Origin: Lama guanicoe | Lineage: Eukaryota | Length of the DNA stretch: 64,000 nt | Reading direction: 5' to 3' | NCBI GenBank assembly: GCA_013239625.1 | Contig: MU053561.1 | Span: forward strand, 4,217,992-4,281,991 | Shown here: piece after piece, positions 13,563 to 25,919 of the stretch | Position numbering within the stretch: the stretch's first letter is position 1 | How the letters are laid out: every line of letters starts with the position of its first letter | Position numbers and translations under genes: made by a program | The notes under the pieces: generated by a model | Told to the model about the DNA's origin: nothing | Databases searched by the model: none | Seen by the model: only the letters and a program-made list of their open reading frames with translations

Positions 13563-14466
13563 GTAAGTAAATATTACTTAAAGTTGCTTTTTAATGATGG
13601 TTAAATTGTACTCTTTATGGCAAAGCATATGAGAATATTGATACCCACATAGATATGACAAAACCGAATAACCCCGTCAAGTATCATTTACATAGAGCTT
13701 TTTAACCTAGAAGTATGGTGTGCAGCTGAGCACATGTGTGTATGCGTGTCCATGCATTTATGTGCACACGTATTTCTGGGGAGATAGTTCACAGCTTTCA
13801 TTAGATTTATAAAGGGATCTATTGGGTTTTTTGTTTTTAAAAAAAGTACCTCTAATTTAAAATGATCACATTTGGAATGTGGTGGGAGTTGGACTGCAAA
13901 CATGAGAGAGAAGGATGGGGAAGAACACAAATTCTCTTCCTTTATTAGCCTGTCCTTCATCCTTAGGGTTTGGCCTGGACAGAGGCCAGGTCCTCCTCAA
14001 AGACTACAGCCTGCCCCCTGGGCACTGGTGAAGCCGGTTTGTTTAGATTTGTGCTCAAACTGTAGGTGTGCAGAACAGGTGATCGGGAGAACCCACAGAG
14101 GAAGTGGCCTTTTTAGGTTTAAACACACAGTAGGAAAAAAAGGAGTGAAATGGAAAAGGAGGAAGAATGGAATCTTAAGTTTACTGTATTTCACATAAAT
14201 TCATGTCCTATCAATATTGTGTTTATGAACTTATTTTAGATTTTTTAAATGTTAAACACATATAGTAAGTAAATATCACCCTCTTTGGAATTTTTCTAAA
14301 GTAGCTGTTATGTTTGTAGGTTAGAGGAATTGGATCTTATGACTTCTTGAGATTCTATGGATTTGGAGTTACGCGCTGCTATACTACAGTTGAATGATGA
14401 AACAGTTTTCCTTGGTCATGAACACCTTTTAAACCATGCCATGAAAAGAGCCGAGTACTTGTAACC

Positions 14467-14592
14467 AGTGCAGTCCCAGGCAGGCATGGGTTCCTTCCCT
14501 GGCTGTACATCAAAATCACCTGGGTGGTGTCCAGGAATCTGGGGTTCAGGGACTGCTGATGTCCACTCAGGTTTGAGAATCTCCACCACTGT
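14467..14592. mobile_element. MER5A-like hAT DNA transposon remnant
   Basis: catcaaaatcacctggg...aggtttgagaatc...accactg with cagtg/cactg ends. Confidence 0.5.
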
Positions 14593-14843
14593 AAGAAACC
14601 TTCCTTCCTATAAGAAATTATTCTTGGTTAGTCTATCCTTCCATTTCAAAAGCATCCTAGAAACTCCAGAATCTGTGATCTGTTTCAGGTATGCAGAATT
14701 GTCTTAAAATACAGATAAACATATGGAAAGGCCATATTTTTGAAGGGTAGGGAAGAGGGGCTTTTTCTTGATGAAAGGAGAACATTTGAAGCTACACACT
14801 CGTGTCCCCTCAGTTTCCTGTCTGTTTGTTTGTTTGTTTTCAG

Positions 14844-14942
14844 GCTGTTCGACATGTTCAGACCATGTATGAAGAGGCTTATAACGATTACCTTAGAGCC
14901 AGGGAAAAGGGAAATGGGACTCTCATTTCCTTCCACTCAACA
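14844..14942 (+). CDS. TSPAN2: Tetraspanin-2 exon 5 (AVRHVQTMYEEAYNDYLRAREKGNGTLISFHST)
   Basis: Acceptor ttttcag|GCT, donor ACA|gtaagt; N-glycosylation sequon NGT. Confidence 0.96.
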
Positions 14943-16188
14943 GTAAGTGACATTACTTCTTCCTTAAAGTCACATCTTCGAAAGATTATGCATGAGTCAG
15001 GTTCCCTCTAATGCCCTGGATTAAAGATAAGAGCAAACTGAGTGAGGTCAAGCAGCAGCACTGTACTTCAGCCCTTGTGGGAGCCACGGCTTGCATTCAG
15101 TGTAGAACCTAGAAGAGAAAGAGGCCTGACTCAGAGCGGACAAGTGGAAGTCAGGACATGAGCCCAGAGAGACAAAAGAGCACAAACAAGAAAACTGAGA
15201 AAGCAGCCCAAGTAAACATCAGGTTCTCTTAAGGGTGGCCTAGTGGTGTAACGGAAACAACTGTGACCTTCAAGTCAGAAAAGCTTATCTCTAGCTGCAG
15301 CTCTGCCATGGAACAGCTTTGGGACCTGGAGCAAGTTCCTTGCCTCCCCGATCCTCACTCAGCCCCCTCATTTGTGAAATGAAGGGGCACGTGAGACAGA
15401 CATGCTCCTTTTCTCCTGCAACGTGCTCTGAGAACGTGCTGTCACTGCAGTGCTCCCAGCTCCAGGCAGTTCATCAGGGAGAGCTTCCAGGGGAGATGGG
15501 CCAGGCCAGAGTCATCCTGACTTCTCAACCACTGTGATAAGGAGAAGTAGCTCTGAACTCCCAGCCAAGGGTTTTCAGGTAGCCCAGTTCCTGTCTGTCA
15601 CACGTCTGTCCTGGAAGGTGCCAACCATTTATCCCAGGTGCCAACCATTTATCCCATTCCCCCTGAGCTGCCCCAAGGATGCCAAGCAGCACACAGGTTT
15701 CTTTGTCTTTGAAGAGCCCGAAGGCAGACCACCTGTTGGCTGGCCAGTCTTCAAGCTCTGGTCTTTTAGTCCGTGGGCTTTACTGTGGCCAGTCTCCTCT
15801 TTGTCCCCAGTTAATGAGCCCTTCCTGAGCTCATTATAAAACTTCAGCTACTCAGCAAGGCTCAAAGAAAGAATGTAAAACCCACCCAGTTCCTGTCTAA
15901 AACCCAGCAGTTTACACAGACACCGTCAGCGAGCTTCTTGCCTTGCTTAGGGTGCCTTGAGTCCCTTCCTATCATAAAACTTGGGCGATTTTGGTGAAGT
16001 CATTTTCTTGTTCTGCCAGCACGACTATGTGACTCTTCACTCTCTCTCCAGAATGGCTGTTTGGGTTGCAGTGATGGGCCTCAGAGCTGCCTTGCAGCCT
16101 CAGCACCCCTCGTCCTTAGCAGAGATACCAGATTCGTAGCTGCTGCTTCTCCCTCCTGTGTCCTAAAAGTTCTTTTCTGCCTCTCTAG

Positions 16189-16260
16189 TTTCAGTGCTGT
16201 GGAAAAGAAAGTTCTGAACAGGTCCAACTCACTTGCCCAAAGGAGCTCCTAGGACACAAG
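16189..16260 (+). CDS. TSPAN2: Tetraspanin-2 exon 6 (FQCCGKESSEQVQLTCPKELLGHK)
   Basis: Acceptor ctctctag|TTT, donor AAG|gtaagc; tetraspanin CCG motif. Confidence 0.96.
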
Positions 16261-16699
16261 GTAAGCTTCTCCACCGGGTTCTATCCTGCTGTGTGTAAGA
16301 CGGCTCTTGCCCTTGGGCGGAAGGTGTGGTTGTAGAAGACCCTCTGCCAGGGGCTTCTGCGCCTCAGCTTTATTCTATGTAGAATAAGCGAAACAATGCT
16401 GAGCCCCGGTCTCCTGGCACCCTGGGGAATAATGGTGTGCCGACTTGCCAGTCATGATGCAGATACAATGGCATTAATTAACCACACCAGGGCCAGAGGG
16501 CTGCATCCCAAAAATGTTGCTCCACAACCCCTCCATGGGTGTCATGGCACTGATAAGTGCTGCTTTTATTAAGTTCTGCATGTCGGGCACTATGACTTGT
16601 GACTTGCTTTTAGCCCCTCATCCTCTCTGCAGGGTGACCACAAGTGCCACCTAAGTGGCCTCCCTCCATTGACTCCATCCTTCTGTCCTGCCTGTATGC

Positions 16700-17800
16700 C
16701 AGGTTCTGAAAACCCTAAAGTGAAAAACACGGTCCCTGCCTCAGTGGCCTCACAGACTAGCCACGGGAGACAGTGCTGTGCCTGAAGTCTGCACAGAGTA
16801 TAGTGGAGATACAGTGGAGTTAGGGAAGCTTGACAGAGGATGGGATCCTTGAGCTGAGTTTTGACAAAAAAAGGTCATTCCAGGCCCAGAAAGCAGCAGG
16901 AACAGAAGCATGGCAGTATTAAACTCCAGGACAGCCGGAAAGGAGGGAGTCCAGAGGGAATGGTGAGAGGCATTTTTGGAGAGGCAGGTAAAGGCATGAT
17001 TTTACACCTGGAAGTTTGGGGAAGCTGTTGCTTTTAGCAGAGGATTAAAATAATCTGTTTTGCATTGTAGAAAGAGCACTCAGGCTGCTGGGTGTGGAAG
17101 GCAGGACAGAAGGATGGAGTCAATGGAGGGAGGCCACTTAGGTGGCACTTGTGGTCACCCTGCAGAGAGGATGAGGGGCTAAAAGCAAGTCACAAACAGT
17201 GGGGAGGGACAGAAAGCAACAGATTCAGAGATGTCGAGGGGTGGAATCAACAGGCCTGCGTGACTGATAGGGTGTGAGTGGAAGGTGTAAGGCAGGAAGC
17301 CGGGACTTCGGGCAGAGTGGGTAGGTAGAAGCTCTACTTGCTGAGGGAGGTGACTATAGGGAAACGAGCAGAAGACAGCTTCAGTTTTGGTCAAGTTTGC
17401 ACTTTAGGTGCCTGTGGGGCTTACAGGTAACCTGAGCTAAAGACATGGGAGTAGGAATCCCAGCATATAGGTGGTAGCTGAAGCTTAGGAACGGATGGGA
17501 ACACGCAGGGGAAGAATGTAGAGTAAGGAAGGAGGTGGGCTAAAATATTGTCATTTAAGGAGTAAGCTGAGGACAAGAAGCCAGAACTAGACTGTGAAGG
17601 AGGAGTCAGAGTCAGGGAGAGTCCAAAGACAGTGGCTCCTGGGAAGGAGATGATTTGTCCATAAAGTCAAATGCTGAGAAGAGGACAAGGAAATGAAGGC
17701 TGGAAGTAAAGGGTTGGATTTGGTGCTTAGAAGATTCTTAGGACGTTTGCCATGCAATTTCAATGAAGCAGTTGGAAAGGCACAGGAACAATGTGGGAAA
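16700..17800 (-). mobile_element. Degraded L2, antisense
   Basis: Purine-rich sequence with reverse-L2 motifs (gtccctgccctcagtggcctcacagactag, ttgagctgagttttga, gtcaaatgctgagaagagg). Confidence 0.65.
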
Positions 17801-18200
17801 TAAGGAGAGAAACATGAGAATGTGGGGACAATGATAAGAAGAAAACATGTCTTCTTATCTCCATACCTACCACACCATTCCCATGACTGATGCGGGTAGA
17901 TGCTCAAGAAATATTTGTTGAGTGAATGAATGGTGAATGAATGAAGTATGATAGGAGATGTTGTTAGCTAGATATGAGCAGAGAAAGGGGGACACAGACC
18001 AAATGGCAGGAATTGGGCAGAAAGGAGGGGCACAGGCCAAATGCAGGAAACCACACATCATGTAAGCACCAGGGGTCCCTGGGCAGAGAAAGAAAAGCAG
18101 GAACCCTGGGGCTGATGAGGGATCATGCCTTTTGGAAGGACAAGTGGCCTGGAGAAGAACAAAGAAAGGTGAGAAAAGGCAGGAATTTCTAGTGTCCGAA

Positions 18201-18602
18201 TGTAACCTTTTGCTCATTATGCCCTCGTTTCAATAAAATTAGCCTTGCAGATCAGAAGTACCCATCATGCACCGATGCCATGACACTTCCGATCCAGACT
18301 AAATAAGGACAAAAATCCCTCCTCCCTTTGGGAAGGTGGAGTTGGGATGATAATCAGGGAATACGACCCCAAACCCTTCCCTCCCCAATGAATATTCCGC
18401 CCATTCATTTTTACACCCTATGTAACTAACTTGCCAAAGAAACTCAGGGCAGCTGCTCACCTGAGCCTGCCTGCTCTCCCCTGAGAGTGTACTATCCACC
18501 TCACTTACCTCACTTTACCTTTTTTAACCTCTAAGTCTTGTCTCTGAATTCTTTCTGGGACGGGACAAGAACCTGGGACACCGGCTGCATCTATCGGCAA
18601 CA
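18201..18602 (+). mobile_element. Solo ERV1-like LTR in TSPAN2 intron 6
   Basis: TGTAAC...GGCAACA termini, CCAAT and GC box (ccaatgaatattccgccc), U5-like gaattctttctgggacgggacaagaacc; no clean TSD. Confidence 0.75.
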
Positions 18603-19414
18603 ATGTGAGGACAGTGATGGGAGTTTCATCTAGCTTAAGTGGATATCAGAGACAGCTGACTAGTGACAAGTAAAAAGACCTGAGTAGCCTAAGGACAAAA
18701 TTGGGTTGAGATAACACCTCTGTACTTAAGAGGACCAAATAGAAGCTGGAGAAGCTAATTACCATTACAAGTGATCTGTTCTGCCACCTGTCCAGTTTGC
18801 CCCATCCATGAATGTTCTCTGAACCCGCCCTGCACAGGTCTCCATGGAGCCCAGATGAAAGAATAGGGCCACGCAGCCCAGCCTCCATAGAAGAGAACAG
18901 TCTTCCAGCTCCCGACACTCGGCTTTCCTTTGTTAAATTTGAACCTGTACAGATTTTATAGCTTCTTACTAAGTGACGCCTACCTTACATAGTAAATTGG
19001 ACCAAGTATGTAGAAAGTCTTTTAAACTATATAGGACAACCCAAAAGCAAGGGGCTATTATTTGGAGGATATTTTACTTATTTTTTATTTGCTGAAAGTA
19101 GGAAAAGGCTCCAAATTTTTAAATGCCTCAGGTCCCAGAATAGCTTCCTCCAGCTAGGTTTCAGGGCTTTGAAGCAGCCATTGGCCTAAATAGGAAAATT
19201 CCACCAAAAGGAGAGGATTATAATTTTTTCCCAAACTACATTTTTATTTCAGATTTATCAGAATGATATCTAGGAGGAATGGTTTAAATATGAGCAGAAG
19301 CTGACATGGGTTAACTCTCACAGGATCCTCTGTAGAGAAGAAAAGGGTTGGATTCGGGTGGTAATTCACACGTACCATCAGTTGTTATTCCTCACTTTTT
19401 CTTTTCCAAAACAG

Positions 19415-19498
19415 AACTGCATTGAAGAAATTGAGACCATAATCAGTGTTAAGCTCCAGCTCATCGGAATTGTTGGTATTGGAATTGCAGGTCTTACG
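19415..19498 (+). CDS. TSPAN2: Tetraspanin-2 exon 7 (NCIEEIETIISVKLQLIGIVGIGIAGLT)
   Basis: Acceptor aaaacag|AAC, donor ACG|gtgaga. Confidence 0.96.
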
Positions 19499-19859
19499 GT
19501 GAGAAAGTTCCAGAGCGTAACTTCTTCGCCCTCTAAGAAGCCTTGAACCTTTGTATCTTATTTCTCTTCAAGTGTGATATGGCACTATCTCAAGGGAGAG
19601 ATTTCTCTTAAAAGACAAAAATGTTTGTTGACAGGACATCCAAGAACAAAGCTGACTAGCTACGTCAATACTTAGCTCTACAAAATATGATACATTTCAA
19701 TTTTAAACTAATTATGACTTTGAGTTTATCATTGCAATAACTTCCCATTTTTAAGGCCACCAAGCTTATACTAGACAAGTGATTTTTAATTCTGGGTCTT
19801 TTCCTTGTTAGAAATTTAAAATAACATACCAGGTTAATCTCTCTCACCTGTGATTTGCA

Positions 19860-20127
19860 GAGGCAGCACAATGTAAGGATTAATAGTGCGAGCTCTGGCA
19901 TCACACTGTCTGGATTCAGCTCCAAGCTCCACTACTTAGAAGCCCCGGGATCATGGGGAAGTTTCTTAATTTCTCTACACCCCAGTTCCCTCATCTGTAA
20001 AATGGGGGTTTTAATGTACCAACTTCACAAGATTGTTGCAAAAATTAAGTGGGATAATACATATAAAGTATTCTTAGGAATTAATTCATATGAAGTGTCT
20101 GAAACATAGCACTCAATAAATGCTAGC
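19860..20127 (+). mobile_element. Near full-length MIR
   Basis: cagttccctcatctgtaaaatgggg core; tail cactcaataaatgctagct. Confidence 0.85.
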
Positions 20128-22074
20128 TCTGTATATAATCTGAGTGTTCCCAAACCCAGAACCCAAGCAAAAGGAATAGCATAAAAGTGTGAAGCATAGT
20201 GTGTCCACACACCTGCAGATGGCTCCGTACTTCTAAAGTACAAATGAAGAGTGTGCAAGAGTTGATGGGGAAGAAGGCTATGGTAGGAGAAGCAAGAGGT
20301 GACACTGGAAAGGGTTGTGAGAGTCCACATAATTGAGGTCTTTTGTGTGTGTGCCCTTTTGAGAGGTTGGGCTTCATTTTTAATGTAGAGGGGAGCCACC
20401 CAGGTTTGGAAGGAACCGTAGTGTAGTGTGGAGGTAAAGTTGGAGAGGAGCAAGACTGGAGTCAGGTAGACTGGTAAAGAGGTGATTTCCATTGTCCAGA
20501 AGGTGAGTGATAATAGCTAATGCTAAGGTAGTACTTACCCTCAACTCCTCCTGTGTAGATTAATTCATGGCCTAAGTTGAGGCGGAAGCAATGGGAATTG
20601 TGAGGAAATCAATGAATTGGCAGTTCTCAGGAGACATCTTTCCTCCTTTCTGTATCTAGAGCACAGAGGGGTGGGGCAGTGGGTGAAAAGGACCTCCCAA
20701 TCCAGGGACTTCTCTCAGGCCCTCCCCACCTGCCCTGGGACTAGCCGGATGGTCATTCTGCGGCTTCCCAAGGACAGTTCTGAGGAGGAGGATTTGAAAA
20801 ATTTCTGCATAATAGAGCTATCAAATAGAGCCTCCCAATAATTCCGCAGTCTCAAGGAATGAGCATTGTAGAAGTGGTCACCCCTGACTCAGGACAGTGG
20901 CAGGATAAGGCTGAAAAAGTTTCTTTCTGAGGAGATCCAACCAGGATGAAGTAGGGGTTGCATCCAACCTTACAACCATGAAAAGGGGACATGACCTCTG
21001 TTGGCCATCTCGAATCAGCACCCGAGTTTCTTCTCTAATTCTTTTCTTCGTATGGTAAGAGTTGCACAGTATAATCAGTTAACAAAATGTCCATTAGGTG
21101 TCTCCCCTGCCACACACTGGTACTGAGCTCTCTCAGCCAGAAGCTTGGAGCCCTGCTTCTGGCTGTTCCCTTACTTAAATCTACCCTTTCCCTTCCAAAA
21201 TACCTGACAGTACATGCCTTCTAAAATTCAGCATTTACAGAGCCTAGTCTGATGTAGGATGGGGTTGAAGAGAGAGCACGAGAATTATGGTACTGATTTC
21301 TTTAAACAAACACTGACAGTAGTTTATGAACATTGCACCTATAGAGAGCATCGCATAGGCCCTGCAAACTTGCAGGGGAAATGCCTGAGGACGAGAAGGA
21401 TCTTTTGGCATGCTTCTGTTCAAACCATTTAAAGTGGTCATTAATCACTTGCCAAGTATTTGGCTTCTCAAAGAAGTATCCAAGAGGTAGAAGATGTCAA
21501 TAATACCGTAGTTCAAACACCTCAGCTTATGCTTTGGTAAAACTACTGAGTTAAATAATGAAGTATCATTTGCACTTAAAAATGGATCAGGAATGGAGAG
21601 ATGCTCTACTTTTTAAAATGTAGTCACTGTTGCAAAAATTCCAACAATAGAAAACTATTTAGACCACAAGTATATTTAAACAGCTAGTGGTTATGAAGAT
21701 ATTTTCCAAAGTAAATATATAAATGAGATCTGGAATTAACCTGAAATGTAAAATTCCAAAACTAATAGTGTATTAGTCTTTTATAATTATAAAGAACTGT
21801 TTATAAGCTAGAAATAGAGCCCTTCTCTTAAAGTAGAGCCTTGTTATTTTTTAATAATAATAAAATAGGAATGTATTTTAAGCAAAGTTAATGGAATTCT
21901 TTAACCAGTAGCCATAATTAAGTAGCATATATAAAAGTGCCATTTATAAACAGTAATTATTGGTTATAATTATTTGTTAATATGAGTTAGATATCCAAGC
22001 AGTTTGCTGAACTTTTTTTTCCCTCCAATTTTCATCATTTGAAAGTCATTAACAAGTGGTTCCTTCTGTTTCAG

Positions 22075-22140
22075 ATCTTTGGCATGATATTCAGCATGGT
22101 CCTTTGCTGTGCGATACGAAATTCACGAGATGTGATATGA
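22075..22140 (+). CDS. TSPAN2: Tetraspanin-2 exon 8, coding part (IFGMIFSMVLCCAIRNSRDVI*)
   Basis: Acceptor gtttcag|ATC; TGA at 22138-22140. Confidence 0.96.
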   Translation: MFGMIFSMVLCCAIRNSRDVI

Positions 22141-24300
22141 AGCTACTTCTACGTGAAAATTGCAACCTAGAGCATACAAATGTCACAGGAGCTGTCTCCT
22201 GGCTCACTTTTAATATTCAAAGGACATTAGGATCTAAAATAATTTGCTGTTAATTGTACATTTGCACATGTATGAATGTTTGGCTTGTTACTGCTTTACC
22301 CCCTTGAGTGAATGCCTATGTATGTTGACTGAGCGCATATTCATGTGTGATCTGCGTGTTTCTGGTATATGCATTGTACATAATGAAATCTGTTTGCAAG
22401 GAATTCCTGATTCTTGTTATGTGAGAGAAACAACCTATTTAACTCAGAAAAACATAAAAAGAATTTTGATAAACTTAAAAAACTTGGTTACTTAGAAAAA
22501 ATGATAATGGACTCTAGCCATAGGAAGTTCGATATGGAGAATTCAGGGATTTCTAGTTAACAGAAGCAATAAGCTACAGGAATTGAGAGATCATGGTGCA
22601 ATGTTAAAAGTGACTGTGTTTGGGTTAGGTGTAAGGGTTTCCTGGCATTTTTTTATATATGTACTCTCCCCAGAACAGTAAACCACATTTAGAACTAAAC
22701 ACATCTATAAAACTAAATATAGCATGGAAAATCTAATTTGAATAAGTCATACTTTCCTAGTATTTAAAAACAAAAAACCTCGCTCTGGAAAGAGTGTCAC
22801 ACAGACAATCATGTGCCCTATAAAACTGAGTGTTTTTAAGACTAAAAAAAAAAACTTTTAAGAAATTTTTAAGGAAATATTTTTGTTCATATATAAAGAC
22901 ATTTAAATATCTCTATTGCTTTCTTTTTCTGACTCTGCTCTGAACTACTGCAACCCTCACATCCACAAAAGGGCTTTTATATCAAAACTTCTCTGTATTT
23001 CTCCAGATGTAAGCATAAAAGACTAAAAGCAAGAAATCTGGCAGTTGCAAATTGTGGGATAGAGAATTTTTACTGGCATTGTATCTTTGAAATACCTCAT
23101 AACTTGAGTTTACATATTTTCCTAATTTGGGGGGGCAGTTCTTATTTATTCACCTAGAGAATTCTTTTTTACAGATTAAGAACTACAGTTTTTGCCACTT
23201 AATATATTATATCATGAGCATCCTTGGCCAAACTAAAATAAAGAAAAACATTCTCTCCTAGTTTTGTGCACACAACAGAGACAAGCTAAGGAAACAAAAA
23301 TACACGTACACACACAACAGAAATATGTTCTTTTTTGTGCAAGTTTCCTATAAAAATAAAATGTTCATGTTCTTTATGGTCTTGATGCTTCATTTTAGGT
23401 AATGTAATTCCAAATTTACAATCTAAATTGACACATCTGTCCATTTTTAACAACTTGGTTCATTTAGTAAATCATGGAGCTTTTTTAAAATTACGTTTTA
23501 AACGGCCACACAAAAGTGAAAGTATGGGAGACTTTGGAAACCCTCAAGTAGGTTTGTACTCATGTGAGAACACAAGTCTTGGGGTTTGAACTAATGGAAA
23601 GTGTGCACTCCCAAGGAAGTTTTACAAAATATTTTGCTGAGAAGACTGAACTGTTTGAAATAATCTTACTCCCACAGAGAACCACATTTCTCCTGCCGCA
23701 CTCGCTAATACTACTACTAACTCTGGATAAAGCTTTCCTAGAAAAAAAAAAAGTCAGATTGAAATCAAGCTAAAAATTTAATTGTGTATGGCTACTTTAC
23801 TGTATCTATAACTAACAGAAAGATTATTTTAAGAAAATCACTTCATGAAATAGATGTTTCTACCCTGGTAGTTGAGAAATAGAGCCTTTTAAGCAAAGAA
23901 CAAGCAGCCCGTCTCTCTTGGTGACTTTAGTTCATCTGTCTGCTGGAAGGCAGGACACAGGGCTAAGGGCATACTTACTTTTCTTCCAGCTCAGAATCAT
24001 CTGGGATTTAACAAAAGTGAGTTTCATTCTGTATCTGAATTAACCTTAAAGAAGTCTCCAGTAGTTAAAACTGGAAGAGTAAAGATATGTTCCGTAAATG
24101 ATTAAAGTTCACCTTCTGGGAGTAATTTTTCTAAAATATGTGCCATGAATAAAATTAAAGAATTTCACCTCTGAGTGAGGGTAGATATCTATATATACAT
24201 CCTGAATCTATATATATACGTGTTGAACATTTATCTCTTGAATATATACACATATATAAGCCTGAATAAATGTATACATGTGTACATGTATATAAGCACA
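22141..24300 (+). other. TSPAN2: TSPAN2 3' UTR (end uncertain) with several AATAAA candidates
   Basis: AT-rich, largely repeat-free sequence after the stop. AATAAA near 23237, 23355, 24148 and 24265; the one at 23355 is followed by a GT/T-rich tract. Confidence 0.55.
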
Positions 24301-25919
24301 TGTATAAATTTTTGGTTATGTCTATTTACCTAAATTAATTTGAGACCAGACCCAAAGATTTTCCTTAAATGTAGGATGCCAATGCACTGAATTAAAACTT
24401 CTTGATGAAATATTTTAAGTTATTTTAAATTTTTTATGTACTAGAATTGCTTGTTTGAGGTACCTTAAAATCTGGTTATATTTTTACACACAACTTCACA
24501 TGACTTATCTAAATGTCAGACTACCAATCAACCCAAACAATATGATGACAAAGGAAAAGAATCGTAACCTTTCTATAATGTTACTACTGAAAGCTGTACT
24601 TAAAAGCAACACTCTAACAACGTTATAGCGTATACTTATATTTTAAATAATATTCACCCAAATTGTATCTGTCTTCCCCAGAGTAGCTCCTTTGTTATCC
24701 ATGGTACAACCTGGAAAACTGCACATTGATACAAAGGCCAGTGTAACCCACATGCAGTCATCAACGATAGGTGCCCTCCTTTCCCCTGTGAGCACTGCCA
24801 ACAGGCTTGGCTTGATGAGTCTGAGGCTTGTGGGAAGACGGCAGTAAAGCAGATAGCATATTTTCCCTTCTAAAGTAAGTCTATCAGAGACTAAAAGGAA
24901 GAGACACCCTACATGTCACAGGTAAAATATGGTTTCCATGGCCCTAAGGGCAGCCATTGAGTATTCAGGAGGTGTACCCCAGCTTTCCTTGTTCACTGCT
25001 GTCTTGAAATCCCCTTTGAACACCAGTCCTTCAATTTCAACAGTCCCTTTTTCCCCACCCCTAAGAGGGAGTACTCAGAGACACCTGAAGCTAGTCACTT
25101 AACTACATCATCTTAGTTTGGACTCACCAAAATCAAATTTGCGTTAAGGTATATTTTAAGAGGGACAAAAGTCTTCTATTTTCTTTCAATATTTTTTCTA
25201 TAAAATTCACCTGTGAGATATTATATGTGGGTGAATTTTGAAAGGTAAAAAGACTATACCAATGCAAAGTGTTATTATTCATCATTTTGCTGTTATTCTC
25301 ATTTTAACAACAAAGACTAATTTTCAGGAATCCACTATTTGGATGGCCATCTCCTGGAGACATGGAGTACATGAAGAATAGTGTAATATGTCCTGAATGT
25401 TGCAAGCTAAAATCTATGCTAATTTCACAAAGCTTTTAGCTAATTTGCCAGAAACACTTCCAAAGCTTTTGTGTTTGTTTTGTTTTTGTCCGTTTAATTT
25501 ATGATGGTTTTACTCATGTTAAGTAGAAGAAATTTAAACTAAATTAAAAGAAATAACCAACAAAGTGCCTAGCATACCTGGCAACTAATGAATATTTTCT
25601 ATTTTTATAATTATTCTGATGATGAGTTTTTGTTAATTATAAACCAAACATGCATTGTTGTGTGTAAAGATACTTCCGCATGATACCAAATACCTATTTG
25701 AACACATTCATTTGTTGAACTAATGAATAGTTTTTGATATATTTCCCAATTCTATTTTAATTTAAAGACTTGATATCAATAGCCATAGCTAGAGGTCCTA
25801 TATTTTTCTCTGGGCCTGTTACTGCCTTAGAAAATGCAACCCACTCTAATAGTGGAATTTTTTTTTCTTTTACTTTGTTTTGGAGCTACTGTTTTGTACA
25901 TTTGAAAAACTCTATAAGA

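Larger units (their letters stand above)
930..22140 (+). other. TSPAN2: TSPAN2 gene body, coding exons 2-8 (5'-partial; exon 1 outside the window)
   Basis: Seven AG/GT-bounded exons (103+98+75+99+72+84+66=597 nt) splice in frame to 198 aa plus stop. The product has tetraspanin TM segments, GFFGCCGA, an LEL CCG motif, an NGT sequon and C-terminal CCAIRNSRDVI. Synteny with TSHB agrees. Confidence 0.97.

Noticed and set aside
1..21500. Dozens of 60-155 aa ORFs in the TSPAN2 introns
   Set aside because: No recognisable domains, many non-ATG starts and mutual overlaps on both strands, as expected by chance in GC-richer DNA. Only the segments matching tetraspanin exons are real.
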